NCBI GenBank assembly: GCA_964016885.1
Contig: OZ024760.1
Coordinates: forward strand, 25,606,001-25,670,000
Source of the DNA: Eledone cirrhosa
Lineage: Eukaryota
Direction: 5' to 3'
DNA length: 64,000 nt
How positions within the stretch are numbered: position 1 is the first letter of the stretch; the number at the start of each line of letters is the position of its first letter. This document shows, in pieces, positions 13,015 to 28,574 of the stretch. The position numbers and the translations under genes were made by a program. The notes beneath the pieces were generated by a model. It was not told the DNA's origin. It did not search any database and worked only from the letters and a program-made list of their open reading frames with translations.

Positions 13015-15050
13015 GTCATCGTGCTTGGTGACTTTAATGCTAGAGTGGGTAGGGATTTTAACACATGGAATGTAATCGGAAGGCATGGGGTGGGAAAGTG
13101 TAACAACAATGGTATGCTCCTGCTCCAGATGTGTGAGGAGCTGGATTTGTGTGTTACCAACACCATGTTCCAACAAAAGATCAAATTCAAGACCACATGG
13201 ATGCATCCAACATCTAAGGAATGGCATATTTTGGACTACGTCCTAGTCAGGATGCATGACAGACAGGATGTGCAGTGTGTTCGTGCTCTTCGTGGAGATG
13301 CGTCCTGGACGGACCACCGCCTGGTACGCGTAAAAGTGAAACTAATCACTAAACGTAAAATCCGGGCTCCTGGTGTTGCCCTGCCCAAAAGATTGAATGC
13401 TGCTCGTCTTAAGGATAAAAATGTGAAGAGGACATTGGAAGAAGAGATGCAGGTTGCAGATCTTGGTGAGGATTGGCCGACCCTTAAAAAGTCGGTTTAT
13501 GATGTAGGCAGGCGTGTTCTGGGATTGGTGCAGAGAAAACATCAGGACTGGTTCAATGAGAATAATGTACATATAGAAGACTTGTTGGCTAATAAGAGGC
13601 GTGCTCTGTCACGCTACTTGACGGCAACACTACAGGAGAGGAATGCGTTGCATGAGGAACTCAAGGATGTAAAATCACGTGTTAGGCGGAGTCTTTCTCA
13701 GATGAAGGATCAGTGGTGGAGTGAGAAGGCTGGTGAGATACAAACTGTGTCAGATTCCAATAACACAAAGCTGTTGTACAGTCTCTTGCGTGAGGTTTAT
13801 GGACCGTCTTCTTCTCTGGTGACACCGCTTCGCAGCAAGGATGGCAAAGAACTTCTTCGTGACTCACAAGGAATTCTACGAAGGTGGCGACAGCACTTTG
13901 ATGATCTTTTGAATCAGCCGTCTGTCGTCAATGAAGATTTCCTCAATCTCATTCCAGAAAGTCCTGTGAAAGTAGCTCTCGCAGAACCTCCGACGCTTGT
14001 GGAGGTTGCAGTGGCTATCTCGAAGCTGAACAGTAGAAGGTCTCCAGGTATGGATGGCATACTTGCTGAGCTCCTACAATATGGTGGTGAGAGAGTCTTG
14101 CAACATCTTCACTCTTTGTTTGGCAGGATATGGGCTAATGAATCCGTACCTGAGGACTGGAGAGATGCAGTAATGGTGGTCTTGTACAAGGGAAAGGGTA
14201 ACGGGAATGATTGTGGGAACTACAGAGGTATATCATTGCTTTCTGTCGTAGGGAAAGATGTATGTAGGGTGCTTCTGGACCGTCTGCTGACACACATTGC
14301 AGATTGTGTTCTTCCTGAAAGTCAATCTGGTTTTCGTGCTGGACGCGGCACTAGTGATATGATCTTCTCAGCTAGACAGCTCCAGGAGAAGTGCATGGAA
14401 CAAGGTTTGGATCTGTATCAGGTTTTTGTCGATCTGACAAAAGCTTTCGATACTGTTAACAGAAATGCATTATGGAAGGTTCTCCAGAAACTTGGTTGCC
14501 CTGATAAGTTCCTTGCTTTAGTTAGGTCTTTCCATGACGACATGAAGGCTTGGGTTAATGTCGGAGGTAACTTGTCGGAGCCTATCTCAGTAAAAAAAAT
14601 GGAGTGAAACAGGAGGATATTCCAGCACCGACCCTGTTTGCCATATACTTTGCAATGGTTTTCTGTATTTCAGGAATTGCGAGCATGGTGTTTACATCCG
14701 ATATCGAACCTCAGACAGCATATTTAACATCAGGCGCTTTGCTGCAAAGTATTTACATCAATCATAAGAGACCTCTTGTATGCAGATGATTGCGATCTTG
14801 TAGCGCACACAGAGAGTGATATGCAGCACATTTTGAATGCATTTTCTGACGCTTGCACTGCCCTAGGATTGACTGTCAGTCTCAAGAAAACCGTCGTCAT
14901 GTACCAACCTGGCCCCTGGTAGGCAGTACAGTGAACCAAATATCTATGTGTATGGTAAACAACTTGGAGTGGTTGATCAGTTTGTCTACCTGGGAAGCAC
15001 TGTCAATCGATACAGCAACCTTGATAGTGAAATCTCACTTGGGATTAGGA
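13015..15050 (+). mobile_element. 5'-truncated, frameshifted RTE/BovB-like non-LTR retrotransposon (APE endonuclease end plus reverse transcriptase)
   Basis: APE motifs VIVLGDFNARVG, TTWMHP, LDYVLV, TDHRLV; RT motifs SPGMDGI, NYRGISLLS, QSGFRAGR, FVDLTKAFDTV; after an A-run frameshift (14592-14599) GVKQ..APTLF, LLYADD (14773-14790), YLGS. Confidence 0.95.
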
Positions 15051-16520
15051 AATATATACACATACACACATAGGTATATACACATGTAAATATGTAAGTA
15101 TATATACACACATACACGCATGTAAATATGGAAGTATATATACACATACACACATAGGTATACACACATGTAAATATGTAAGTATATACATAGACAGGCA
15201 TACATATAAACATCTTTACACATATACACACATATTGAACTCACGCATACATATATACATGTAGATATAAACAGATACACATCGATACATATGTACATGT
15301 AGACATATATACATATACACATAGGCACATATAAATATATATTGTGACTCACGCATAGACACATACATATATATATACATATATACATGTAGATATAGAT
15401 ACATATTCACATACATACACATAGATACATATGTACATGTAGACATATATACATATACATATATGCACATATAAATATATATTGTGACTCACGCATACAC
15501 ACATACATTATAAATACACAGGTGCATGTAAACATAAACACATAAACATGTTTACACATATACACACATATTGGGGCTTGCATATACACATACATACACA
15601 TATCTACATGTACATAAACACATATATCATTTTATACGCATATACACATATATTGGGAATGGCACATTGATACATACATATATAAACATAGCTAGGTACA
15701 TATAAATATACTTAAATATATATATATATAAACATACATATATAAATATAAACATACATATATACATACATATATAAACATACATATATATATAAACATA
15801 CAAATAGTCATACATTGAATAACACAAAAACAAACATCCATACAATTAGGCAGATATATATTTATATATACAAACATTGTCATACACACACACATACACA
15901 AACATACATACACACAAACATACATACACACACACATACATACACACACACATACATACACATACACATAAACAACATACACGCACAAAAGCATACATAC
16001 GCACAAAAACACATAAATATACATAAACATACACAAACATAAACACACATTCACACATATAAACGCGCACACACTAATAATCACATGCACACACACGCCC
16101 ACACATAAACACACACAAACACCCATACGCATACATACACACATGCACACACATGCATACACACATGCACACACTCACACACATGAACACATCTGAGCAC
16201 TAACAAAAACACATACACACACATGCACACACTTAAACACACATGCACACAAATAAACACTAATAAACACACATAAACTCGCATACACACACACATAAAC
16301 ACACATATACACACAAAACACATACAAATACACACATTAACACACATACTTAAAAACACATTGCTCACACATTGCTCACACATAAACACACAAAAAACAC
16401 ACACACATACACACATACACACACACACATACACACACATACATACGCACAAATACATACATACACACACATACACACACATACATACACTCACATACAC
16501 GCACTCACACACACAAACAG
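15051..16520. repeat. Degenerate (CA/TA/CATA)n tract
   Basis: Alternating purine-pyrimidine low complexity. Confidence 0.9.
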
Positions 16521-16637
16521 TAAAACATGTATGCCTGGAGGCAATTCATCAAGACAGCACAAGTAATGGCAGCTGAGTTAAGTCGATAGTGATAGCCATT
16601 TTGTGTAAACATGTTTTAGTCTATATTCATTTATATA

Positions 16638-19073
<2,436 letters not shown>

Positions 19074-19369
19074 CACTCTTCACTAATCAGTGATGCATAA
19101 GCTATGTAATACCTATAGCTGTTGTTGTTGTTGTTGTTGTTGTTGTATTTCATGTTAAGGCTATCGTTACTATATTTGGTTAGAATGTTCTTCCGTACAA
19201 TTACGTTGTTTACACACGCTGTGTACGAAAATGACGTCATAGGTACGTACTTTATCGCGTGAACTTGTAACATCTTGGTTGCGTGGGTGAATCTTAAGCA
19301 TGCTTATCTTTAGATGCATTAATGTACATAGCTGTAACTATGTATAATTGTGCGTGTATATACACACAT

Positions 19370-19407
<38 letters not shown>

Positions 19408-19415
<8 letters not shown>

Positions 19416-19770
19416 ACTTTTGGAGGGTCATGTTGCCAATAAGAAACACACGCACCAGTTGCTTTCACTTCAATTTATTATAATAAATTTATAAATTTAG
19501 GAATTTATAAATTTCCGGTTAGTTGGTTGGTTCCACAACCAGATGGTTGTTTATATATTGTCAAAGTTCTTTCGTCACACATTCGTCAACCAACCAATCG
19601 TAAATTTATTAATTCCTAAATTTATATATTTATTATAATAAATTGAAGTGAAGGCAACTGGTGCGTGTGTTTCCAATTGGCAACATGACCCTCCCAAGTA
19701 TAACAATATCGGTTTCAACACACGTTTTCAGATAAAGAATCTTGCTAAACAAATTCAAAAACGAAATTTA
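19408..19770. mobile_element. (TA)n-flanked inverted-repeat island (arms ~19408-19530 and ~19587-19709); related copies at 21731-21775, 27194-27352, 61000-61120
   Basis: 'gagggtcatgttgccaat..gcaccagttgctttcacttcaattt' and its reverse complement. Confidence 0.7.
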
Positions 19771-19781
19771 TATTTATATAT

Positions 19782-20122
19782 ATTAGAAAGTGAGGTTTTT
19801 TTTACAAAATGAAAAATAACCGAGGTGTCCTACACGAGTGAAAGTATAAAGAAAAAAAGATGAAATCGAAAATGCAACTGGAGTCTTATTTTTTTTTAAA
19901 TATATATATTTATTTGGTTCCTTTACCGGTTTCGCAGTTCTTCTGCTTTTAAAAAGTAGAGTTGAGATGGAGGGTCTGTGAGAAAAACTACAGACCCTCC
20001 ATCTCAACTCTACTTTTTAAAAGCAAAAGAACTGCGAAACCGGTAAAGGAACCAAATAAATATATATATATTTTTTTAAATAAGACTCCAGTTGCATTTT
20101 CGATTTCATCTTTTTTTCTTTA
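19782..20122. mobile_element. Fold-back island of the 'gaaaccggta' family with mutated HHR core in both arms
   Basis: Palindrome centred ~19985; core reads TTTAAAA in both arms. Confidence 0.75.
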
Positions 20123-20237
20123 TATATATATATAGCTGTCGTAACGGCCGGAACTCATCTGCCGGGGTCTTGAATCTTTTCATATATATATACGTATGTG
20201 GGGCAGGTAAAATTCCCGATATATATATATATGTATA

Positions 20238-20281
<44 letters not shown>

Positions 20282-20359
20282 AAATAAGTGACATAGTCAC
20301 TACTTTAAAACTCATAGCGAATGGTCTTCTAAAGGTTTTTAATTAAACATACAGTATAT

Positions 20360-20394
<35 letters not shown>

Positions 20395-20652
20395 ATATTA
20401 ATAAATGGAAACTATATTTATAAAACCATAATTATATTATTACATATATATCAAGGACAACCAAGGCAAATTATGGTGCGCTTTCATCAGATAAAATACA
20501 GATTTGTTTTATAAATAAATAAATATTGACATACCCGGAGAAAAAAACAACCTTAACGGTTGGAGCTTCCTCAACTAAACTGTTGAGTGCTTTATATCAG
20601 TTATAAAAATGTTTAAGCTTGTTGAATCCCAACAAATTAAATATAACCTTTG
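20395..20652. mobile_element. Inverted HHR-region fragment joined to direct 3' end (relative of 11688-12140)
   Basis: tcatcagataaaata at 20484-20498; ttgagtgcttt at ~20583. Confidence 0.6.
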
Positions 20653-20669
20653 TATATATATATATATAT

Positions 20670-21011
20670 ATATAAAGAAAAAGAGATGAAATCGAAAATG
20701 CAACTGGGGTCTTATTTAAAAAAAAAATATATATATATATATTTATTTGGTTCCTTTACCGGTTTCGCAGTTCTTCTGCTTTTCAAAAGGTGAGTTGAGA
20801 TGGAGGGTCTAAAAACCACAGACCCTCCATCTCAATTCACCTTTTGAAAAGCAGAAGAACTGCGAAACCGGTAAAGGAACCAAATAAATATATATATATA
20901 TTTTTTTTAAATAAAACCCCAGTTGCATTTTCGATTTCATCTCTTTTTCTTTATACTTTCACTCGTGTAGGACACCTCGGTTATTTTTCATTTTGTAAAA
21001 AAAAACCTCAC

Positions 21012-21020
<9 letters not shown>
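20670..21020. mobile_element. Fold-back island with minimal U3-A8 variant HHR on both strands
   Basis: Plus 20840-20877: cctt-TTGAAAA-gcag/ctgc-GAAA-ccgg-TA-aagg; mirror copy 20753-20790. Confidence 0.75.
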
Positions 21021-21065
<45 letters not shown>

Positions 21066-21069
<4 letters not shown>

Positions 21070-21322
21070 AAACGAAAATTTGTTCCGAGAGTAATGCATG
21101 TGTCCGAAGAACCTGCAGTTGTAGAATCAGACAGATCCATACAATGATCCTGTATCGAGCTGTCTGCCGGCGAAACAATTGTAACACACAATAAACTGAG
21201 TCCAGATGCATCACTGATTTTTCGTTTTATATTATATCATACTATGCTCTGTAAGAACATAGAGTGCTCAACTGGCATACCGCCTATGGAAGCATTATAG
21301 CTACCGTTAAACACACGCATAT
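21066..21322 (+). mobile_element. PLE-like island with HHR variant (CCGAAGA core) and 3' gagtgct hairpin; related fragment 21805-22000
   Basis: tgtgt-CCGAAGA(21104-21110)...GAAA-caattg-TA-acaca(21188); tagagtgct at 21260-21268. Confidence 0.65.
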
Positions 21323-21451
21323 TTATATATATATATATAAAACGAAGGAGGTGTGGTAACCAGATGGACCATAACGCACCAGAGTACTCAATACTTAGTC
21401 CAGAAATACCCGTCGAAACGGCTTGGACTCTGCCATCGCGGTCAAACATTT

Positions 21452-21509
<58 letters not shown>

Positions 21510-21512
<3 letters not shown>

Positions 21513-21705
21513 ATTTAGTACAGCATCAACGAAGCTCTGGTTGCAGCCAAGCTAACGAATGCAATCTCGGTGTGCAGCTAAGCACTCGATAGGGTATATT
21601 ACCCTAGAGTTATAACATTACGTTTAGACAGCATGCAAATTGAAGACCGCGACCGATAGACGGGCCGCAGTGACCATAGCGACGAAAAAGACTGAACTCA
21701 GGAAA
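21510..21705 (-). mobile_element. (TA)n-flanked 3'-end island; plus-strand relative at 25517-25693
   Basis: Shared 'taactcYag..taccctatcgagtgcttagctgcacaccgagattgcattcg'. Confidence 0.65.
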
Positions 21706-22027
21706 AAAAAACTATATATATATATATATATATTGTTATACTTTGGGAGGGTCATGTTGCCAATAAGAAACACGCAAATTCAGAAAAGAAATATATATAT
21801 ATAATATGGAAAACGAAGAAACAGTGATCCATCGGAACAATTTATTACGTATTACAATTGTTTCCCTGCACCTCTTCGCCGGAGAAACAATTGTAATACG
21901 TATTCTTCGTTTTCCATATTATTCTACTCTGCTCCGAAGGAGCATAGAGTGCTCAACCGGCATACCGCCTATGGACGCATCCAAACAACCTTACTACAAA
22001 TATATACACATATATATATATATACGA

Positions 22028-22305
22028 TATTAACAAATGGAAACTCTATTTATAAAACCATATTTATGTCATTATACATATTTCAAGGATATCAAGTTAA
22101 ATTATGGTATGCCTTCATCAGACAAAATACAATATATATTAGTTTTACAAATAAGCATTGACGTACCCTTTCAAAATGCGACCGTTACTTTTGGAGGACA
22201 TCAGGATAGTTAATATCGTATATCTACTCCAAATACTTGTCGAGTGCTTTATATCAGTTATAAAAATATTTACTTGTTGGATCCCAACATTTTAAATAGA
22301 ACTTT

Positions 22306-22308
<3 letters not shown>
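22028..22308. mobile_element. Inverted HHR (minus 22065-22129) joined to direct 3' end
   Basis: Reverse complement: tattttgt-CTGATGA-agg...cctt-GAAA-tatgta-TA-atgacata; tcgagtgcttt at ~22240. Confidence 0.7.
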
Positions 22309-22380
<72 letters not shown>

Positions 22381-22392
22381 ATATATATATAT

Positions 22393-22437
<45 letters not shown>

Positions 22438-22602
22438 GGTAAACAGAAATAACACCAAAACCGCCCTATGTTACTACGCCGCTCCTACGACTCAAAGGTT
22501 ACATTAAGATTTGAAGCCATTTTTCATGTTTCATTTAAATGGATATGAAACAACATCTTATGTTTTAAGGGGTGCGTATATATGTATCACTAGAAAATAT
22601 AT

Positions 22603-23070
22603 GGAGGAGGCTCGTGGCCTTGTGGAAAGGGTGTGGGACTTACGACCATAATGTCGTGGGTTCGATTGCTGGACTGCATTGTGTTGCATTGTGTTGCGTT
22701 GAGCATAACACTTCATTTCACATTTCTCTAGTATACTCAGCTGGAAATGAGTACCAGCAATAGCTGTGAGTTTAACCCTTCAATCGACTGGCCAGGTACA
22801 GGATGGAGTCTTGCAGTCTTAGTCACTTAACACCACAGAAACCAGGCTAAGAACTGGCCTGATGAACCTCGGGACTCGAGACAGACTGGAGGATATTCCT
22901 GTGCTTTGCGATATAGATGATTTATATAGTTTATTTGAAGTTGTGAAGCCGCGTGGGTTAAAGGTTATAGCAATCGGTTCACGTTCGTAAGGTCGTGACT
23001 TCGATTCCTGGCGGCCCGTTGCGCCCTTGGCCAAGACACTTTATTTCATGTCGCCCCAGTCCACTCTTCG
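22603..23070 (+). mobile_element. SINE family 2 tail C copy (22603-22890) and a degenerate SINE head (22945-23070)
   Basis: tRNA-like A/B boxes, 'tactcagctggaaatgagtaccagcaatagctg'; homologous to 42238-42510. Confidence 0.7.
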
Positions 23071-23179
23071 TCGTAACCGATGGAGTGCTAGTAAATTTGA
23101 TGTAATAATAGTTTTGGACTTTTATCAGGGGATTAACAGGGTCGGTTAAGAGCCGGACATATGCTTAACAGCTTTTGTT

Positions 23180-23340
23180 CTGGGTTTTAACGTTCTGAAT
23201 TCAATTTCCGCCGAGGTTACCTTTGCCTTTCGTCCTTACGGGATCGATAACATAAAGTACCAGTGAAATACTGGGGTCGATTCCATGGACTTTGTCCCCT
23301 TTCCCCTAAATTGCTGGCCTTGTTTCCCAAATAGAAAACA
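23180..23340 (+). mobile_element. SINE family 1 fragment
   Basis: 'ccgccgaggttacctttgcctttcgtccttacgggatcgataac..gtaccagt..ttgctggccttgt'. Confidence 0.75.
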
Positions 23341-23419
23341 TTATGCTTCTGGTCTTTGCTTTTCACAAAATAAAAACAGATAAGACCATACGATATAGTA
23401 AACAAATCTATCATAGTTT

Positions 23420-24740
23420 CTTTCTCACCCTCTCCTTCTTTCTCACCTACTCTCTCACCCTCTCTCTCACCCCCTCTCTCTTCCCCTCTCTCTCACCCCC
23501 TCTCTCTCACACCCTCTCTCTCACACCCTCTCTCTCACCCTCTCTCTCACCCCCTCTCTCTCACACCCTCTCTCTCACACCCTCTCTCTCACCCCCTCTC
23601 TCTCACACGCCCTCTCTCACACCCTCTCTCACACTCTCTCTCTCACCCTCTCTCTCACCCCCTCTCTCTTCCCCTCTCTCTCACCCCCTCTCTCTCACAC
23701 CCTCTCTCTCACACCCTCTCTCTCACCCTCTCTCTCACCCCCTCTCTCTCACACCCTCTCTCTCACACCCTCTCTCTCACCCCCTCTCTCTCACACGCCC
23801 TCTCTCACACCCTCTCTCACACTCTCTCTCTCACCCTCTCTCTCACCCTCTCTCTCTCTCACCCTCTCACCCTCTCTCTATGTCATACGTCAGTCTTTCA
23901 ACACGTTTACCATGCATCACACATGTTATTCCCCACAACACTGTCTCTTGTTTAAGTTTGGTCGTTTTCGCCTGCTTTCTTCTCCCTCTTTCTCTCTCTG
24001 TCTCTCTCTCTCTGCCTCTATCTGTCTCTCCCTCTCTCTATCTCCCCCTCTCTCTCTCTATCTCCCTCTCTCTCTGTCTCTCCCTCTCTCTCTCTCGCTC
24101 TCTCGCTCTCTCTCGCTCTCTCGCTCTCTCTCTCTCTCTGTCACTCTGTCTCTCTGTCTCTCTCTGTCTCTCTCTGTCTCTCTGTCTCTCTGTCTCTCTC
24201 TCTCTCGCTCTCTGTCTCTGACTCTTCTCTCTCTGTCTTCTCTCTCTATGTCTATGTCTTCTCTCTCTATGTCTCTGTCTTCTCATTCTGTCTCTCTCTC
24301 TGTCTCTCTTTGTCTCTCTCTCTCACTCCTCTCTCTCTTTGTCTCTCTCTCTCACTCCTCTCTCTCTCTGTCTCTCTCACTCCTCTCTCTCTCTCTCCCC
24401 TCTCTCTCACTCCTCTCTCTCTCTCACTCCTCTCTCTCTCTCTCCTCACTCTCTCTCCTCTCTCTCCTCTCTCTCTCTATCAGCTCTCTCTCTATCAGCT
24501 CTCTCTATCATCTCTCTCTCTATCCTCTCTCTCTATCCTCTCTCCTCTCTCCCCTCTCTCCTCTCCTCTCTTCTCTCTTCTCTCTCTCCTCTCCCTTCTC
24601 TTTTCTCTCTTCTCTGTGTCTCTCTCTCTCTCTCTCTGTCTCTCTCTTCTCTCTCTCTCTCTCTGTCTCTCTCTTCTCCCTCTCTTCTCTCTCTCTCTTC
24701 TCCCTCGCTCTCTCTCTCTCCTCTCTCCTTCTCTCTCTTC
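23420..24740. repeat. (CT)n-derived polypyrimidine tracts
   Basis: CT/CTCAC/CTGT units. Confidence 0.92.
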
Positions 24741-24751
24741 ATTACAACACC

Positions 24752-24823
24752 TGACGTACATGCATGCACTGCTCGGACTGTTTCATTTCTGACGTCATCC
24801 GCTACGAATGACGTCATATAAAA
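24752..24823 (+). promoter_or_regulatory. Two perfect CRE palindromes followed directly by TATAAAA
   Basis: TGACGTCA at 24790-24797 and 24809-24816, TATAAAA 24817-24823, half-site TGACGT at ~24752. Confidence 0.35.
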
Positions 24824-24852
24824 TGTCGTATTACATTACGTCGACCTCTGTC

Positions 24853-24886
<34 letters not shown>

Positions 24887-25058
24887 GTGTGTGTGTATAT
24901 ATATTGTGTGTGTGTGTATATATAATATTTGTGTCTATATATATAATATTTGTGTCTATATATATAATATTTTTGTCTATATATATAATATTTGTGTCTG
25001 TGTATGATGGTAAATGTTGGTAACACATGGCATATATATGTATATATATATTTATTCG

Positions 25059-25092
<34 letters not shown>

Positions 25093-25302
25093 TGCTTGCC
25101 TTTCATCCATACGGGGTCGATAAAATAAAGTACCAGCAATACACTGGGTAATTGCTGGCCTTGTGCCAAAAGTAGAAACAATTATTGTATATAACAAATA
25201 TAACCGCAGAGAAAACATTAATTATTTGAAGTAATTAATTGTTTAAGCTGAGAATATTTGTTACACCCGTTTCTAGATATTAAGTAACTAATATATATAT
25301 AT

Positions 25303-25473
25303 TGGGAGCCCCTACATGGACACACTAGAAGTGGAAGACCAAGGTTAACGTATGTTGATGCCCTAAGGACAGACACTGGTCTGTTGGAGACGCAGGACAT
25401 GGCAGCGATAATGAGGGACAGAGACCGCTGGAGAGAACTCGTCCATGGATCTCGGGAATTTTACCCGCCTTAG
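25303..25473 (+). mobile_element. 3'-terminal ORF fragment of an RTE-clade LINE
   Basis: Translates WEPLHGHTRSGRPRLTYVDALRTDTGL...MRDRDRWRELV...*, the typical RTE C-terminal GRP...W signature. Confidence 0.75.
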
Positions 25474-26266
25474 TATAGAATATATATATGTATATATATG
25501 TATATATATGTATATTTCCTGAGTTCAGTCTTTTTAGTGGCTATGGTAGCTGTCTTCAATTTGCAAAGCTGTCTAAACGTAATGTTATAACTCCAGAGTT
25601 ATATACCCTATCGAGTGCTTAGCTGCACACCGAGATTGCATTCGTTAGCTTGGCTGCAACCATGGTTTCGTTGATGCTGTACTAAATTTTGTGTATATAT
25701 ATAAATATATATATACAGATATTCAAATCAGCAAACAGCGAGAGACGCCTTCCGGACTTGTCCGACAGACAACCTTTTCCCCCACCCCGGAAAAAAACCC
25801 CAGTTGATGGATGTGAATCCGAAATATATAGGGACTATTAAATCTCTCCCAAGGTAACTCTCTCTTGTGTTGTTATTTTTATTTTTATCCTTTTACTCTT
25901 CCCTCCATTCTACACATCTCACACATCTTATACACACCACGCATCTCAACGTACACCCACTTACATCTCTCTCTCCACCACCGGACCTTGTTACCCGGAG
26001 ATTTATCCATTTGCATTGTCGAGGCTTCCAAACGACTTATAGATATTTACTTATTGTTCCACAATGCTTCAAGCAAACTTCAATACTCTCTTATATATAT
26101 ATATGTTTATATATATATAAGGGAAAAGAATGACTTCACTTGTAGTTCTAAACAATTTAATTTTATAATATAAAATTAAATTTAGAATACAAGTGAAGTC
26201 ATTCTGTTGTTTTTAAAAATATACCTATCTGTACGAAGAATTTCATACATTTTTCAATATATATAC

Positions 26267-26320
<54 letters not shown>

Positions 26321-26464
26321 CAAACAAAGTTGGTGTGGTAAGATACCCGATGGACCATAACGCACCTGAGTACTCGATACTTAGGGTTGTAGAGTGGGTA
26401 ATAGGAAAAGATTCAGGACTTCGACGTCAGGGTCCTGAATCTTTTCCTATTTATATATATATAT

Positions 26465-26898
26465 ATAATATATAAGATCAAAAGATGGTTAAAAGAGTTC
26501 CATGTATTTTATTATGCGCATTTCAAAAACAAATATCATCATGCAATAACATTTGCGTTTTCGTCAGATAAAATAGGGAGACATGATATGAAGGTTAAAA
26601 TACACTTGTGAATAGTGCAGTTTTAAATCAACATATCAATATGTTGATTTAAAACTGCACTATTCACAAGTGTATTTTAACCTTCATATCATGTCTCCCT
26701 ATTTTATCTGACGAAAACGCAAATGTTATTGCATGATGATATTTGTTTTTGAAATGCGCATAATAAAATACATGGAACTCTTTTAACCATCTTTTGATCT
26801 TATATATTATTTATACTCCAGTCCTACAAACTGTAGAGTGCTTCTTATCCGATATCTGCATTGCTTTATTGTACTACAATAAAACTCACCTCCTACAT
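26465..26898. mobile_element. Near-perfect fold-back palindrome (~170-bp arms) with canonical type I HHR on both strands, plus 3' end
   Basis: Plus 26700-26770: tattttat-CTGACGA-aaacgcaaat/atttgttttt-GAAA-tgcgca-TA-ataaaata; mirror 26505-26575; tagagtgct at 26833-26841. Confidence 0.85.
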
Positions 26899-27389
26899 TA
26901 TATATATATATATATTAGTAGGAGTAGTGGATTTAGAGTGGCGGTTTTGGCTAGTTACCTTTTATTCTTCCACTAATAAACTGACCATCTATTGAGTACT
27001 TTTATGTTCTATGGTCTTCTCGGTCCCAGTATCGCAGACTACCAATATATATATATATAATAAACCAAATTATTATAATACTCTGGATAAATATATATCG
27101 TCGAGTGCTTGACATGTTATATAAAAAATCAGCTGATTATAAATCAACTGACACTTTTTCATTGAACAATATATGTATATATATATATATATATATTGTT
27201 ATACTTTGGGAGGGTCATGTTGCCAATAAGAAACACACGCACCAGTTGCTTTCACTTCAATTTATTATATATTTATAAATTTATAAATTTACAAATCTAC
27301 AAACTTATAAATTTCTGGTTGGTTGGTTGGTTCCACAACCAGATGGTTGTTTATATATATATATATATATATAGATATAGATATATAGT

Positions 27390-27498
<109 letters not shown>

Positions 27499-28574
27499 TA
27501 GCTGCAACCCGATTTCGATTAATGCCATTGTTTGATACTTAAGCATGAGTTTGACAGACGTGGCTCTTTAGTCCTGCTAGGGACTTTCCTATGGCCAGTA
27601 ATACAATGCACCACAAAATATGTCACATATCAAGTGATCCCTGTGCTTGAAAGTTTTTAAAGTGAAGAAATGCTTTGCACATGGCCAATTTCACTCTCAT
27701 TGTTGGCCTTGAGCCAAAGATAGAAATAATTATTATTCCTTTATGTTCAGTTCAGAAATGTCAAGTTCATTAGCGTTTTAAGTTCTTCTTATCACAGTCC
27801 CATCTTCTGTACGAAGTGTGAATTGTAGTGTTAGATTTACTTTTTGTGACCTTCATCATCGCCGGATTTATGATTTTTTTTTTTTCGTTATTTATCGTAT
27901 ATAGATGCACCTTTAAATAAATAGTAGGTGTTCTAGATTTATTAGAAAAGAGTTGCATTTGTGTGTTTCTCTTAAGAGACAACAGGGGGACTATTAGAAC
28001 GACAGAATGGTCACCACGGCAGTGGAGAAGGACTAGATGACAGCCAAATGTACGAAGGTGGGACGATCTAATTCAATACTTCGGTCCCACAATACCTAAT
28101 ATGACCAGAGATAGTAAATGGTACAGATTGGGTTCCTCCAACAGAAGTGAGAAGACCCTGGGTTTAGGTTTGGATCACGGTATATTCATCACCGATCAGT
28201 GTTTTCCCCAACAGAAATCCCTTGGAAAGTAAGGGCCTTCTTTATGAGTGACTTTAACTAACTTCTCTCTGCTGCAAGTATTCAGACCTTGTCTTTTGTT
28301 TGACGCTTCATTCTTTCCTCTCAAATATCTCTGAGGCAGTGAAAAAGGTCGCAGGGCTTTTCAAACTCTCAATCATTTACGCCCTTATTTATTTATTCAT
28401 TTATTTAATCAATAAATATAAACGTCTGTATCGAGCTAGTAAGCCATGGTAGAGTAGAGGAAGTATCTGTTACTTCTTACAGTTGAGAAACACCGACAAA
28501 AACAAGATACACAGAGATAAATGAATATAAAAATGAAAATTAAACAGATATAAATAAAATAAAATAAAAATTTA

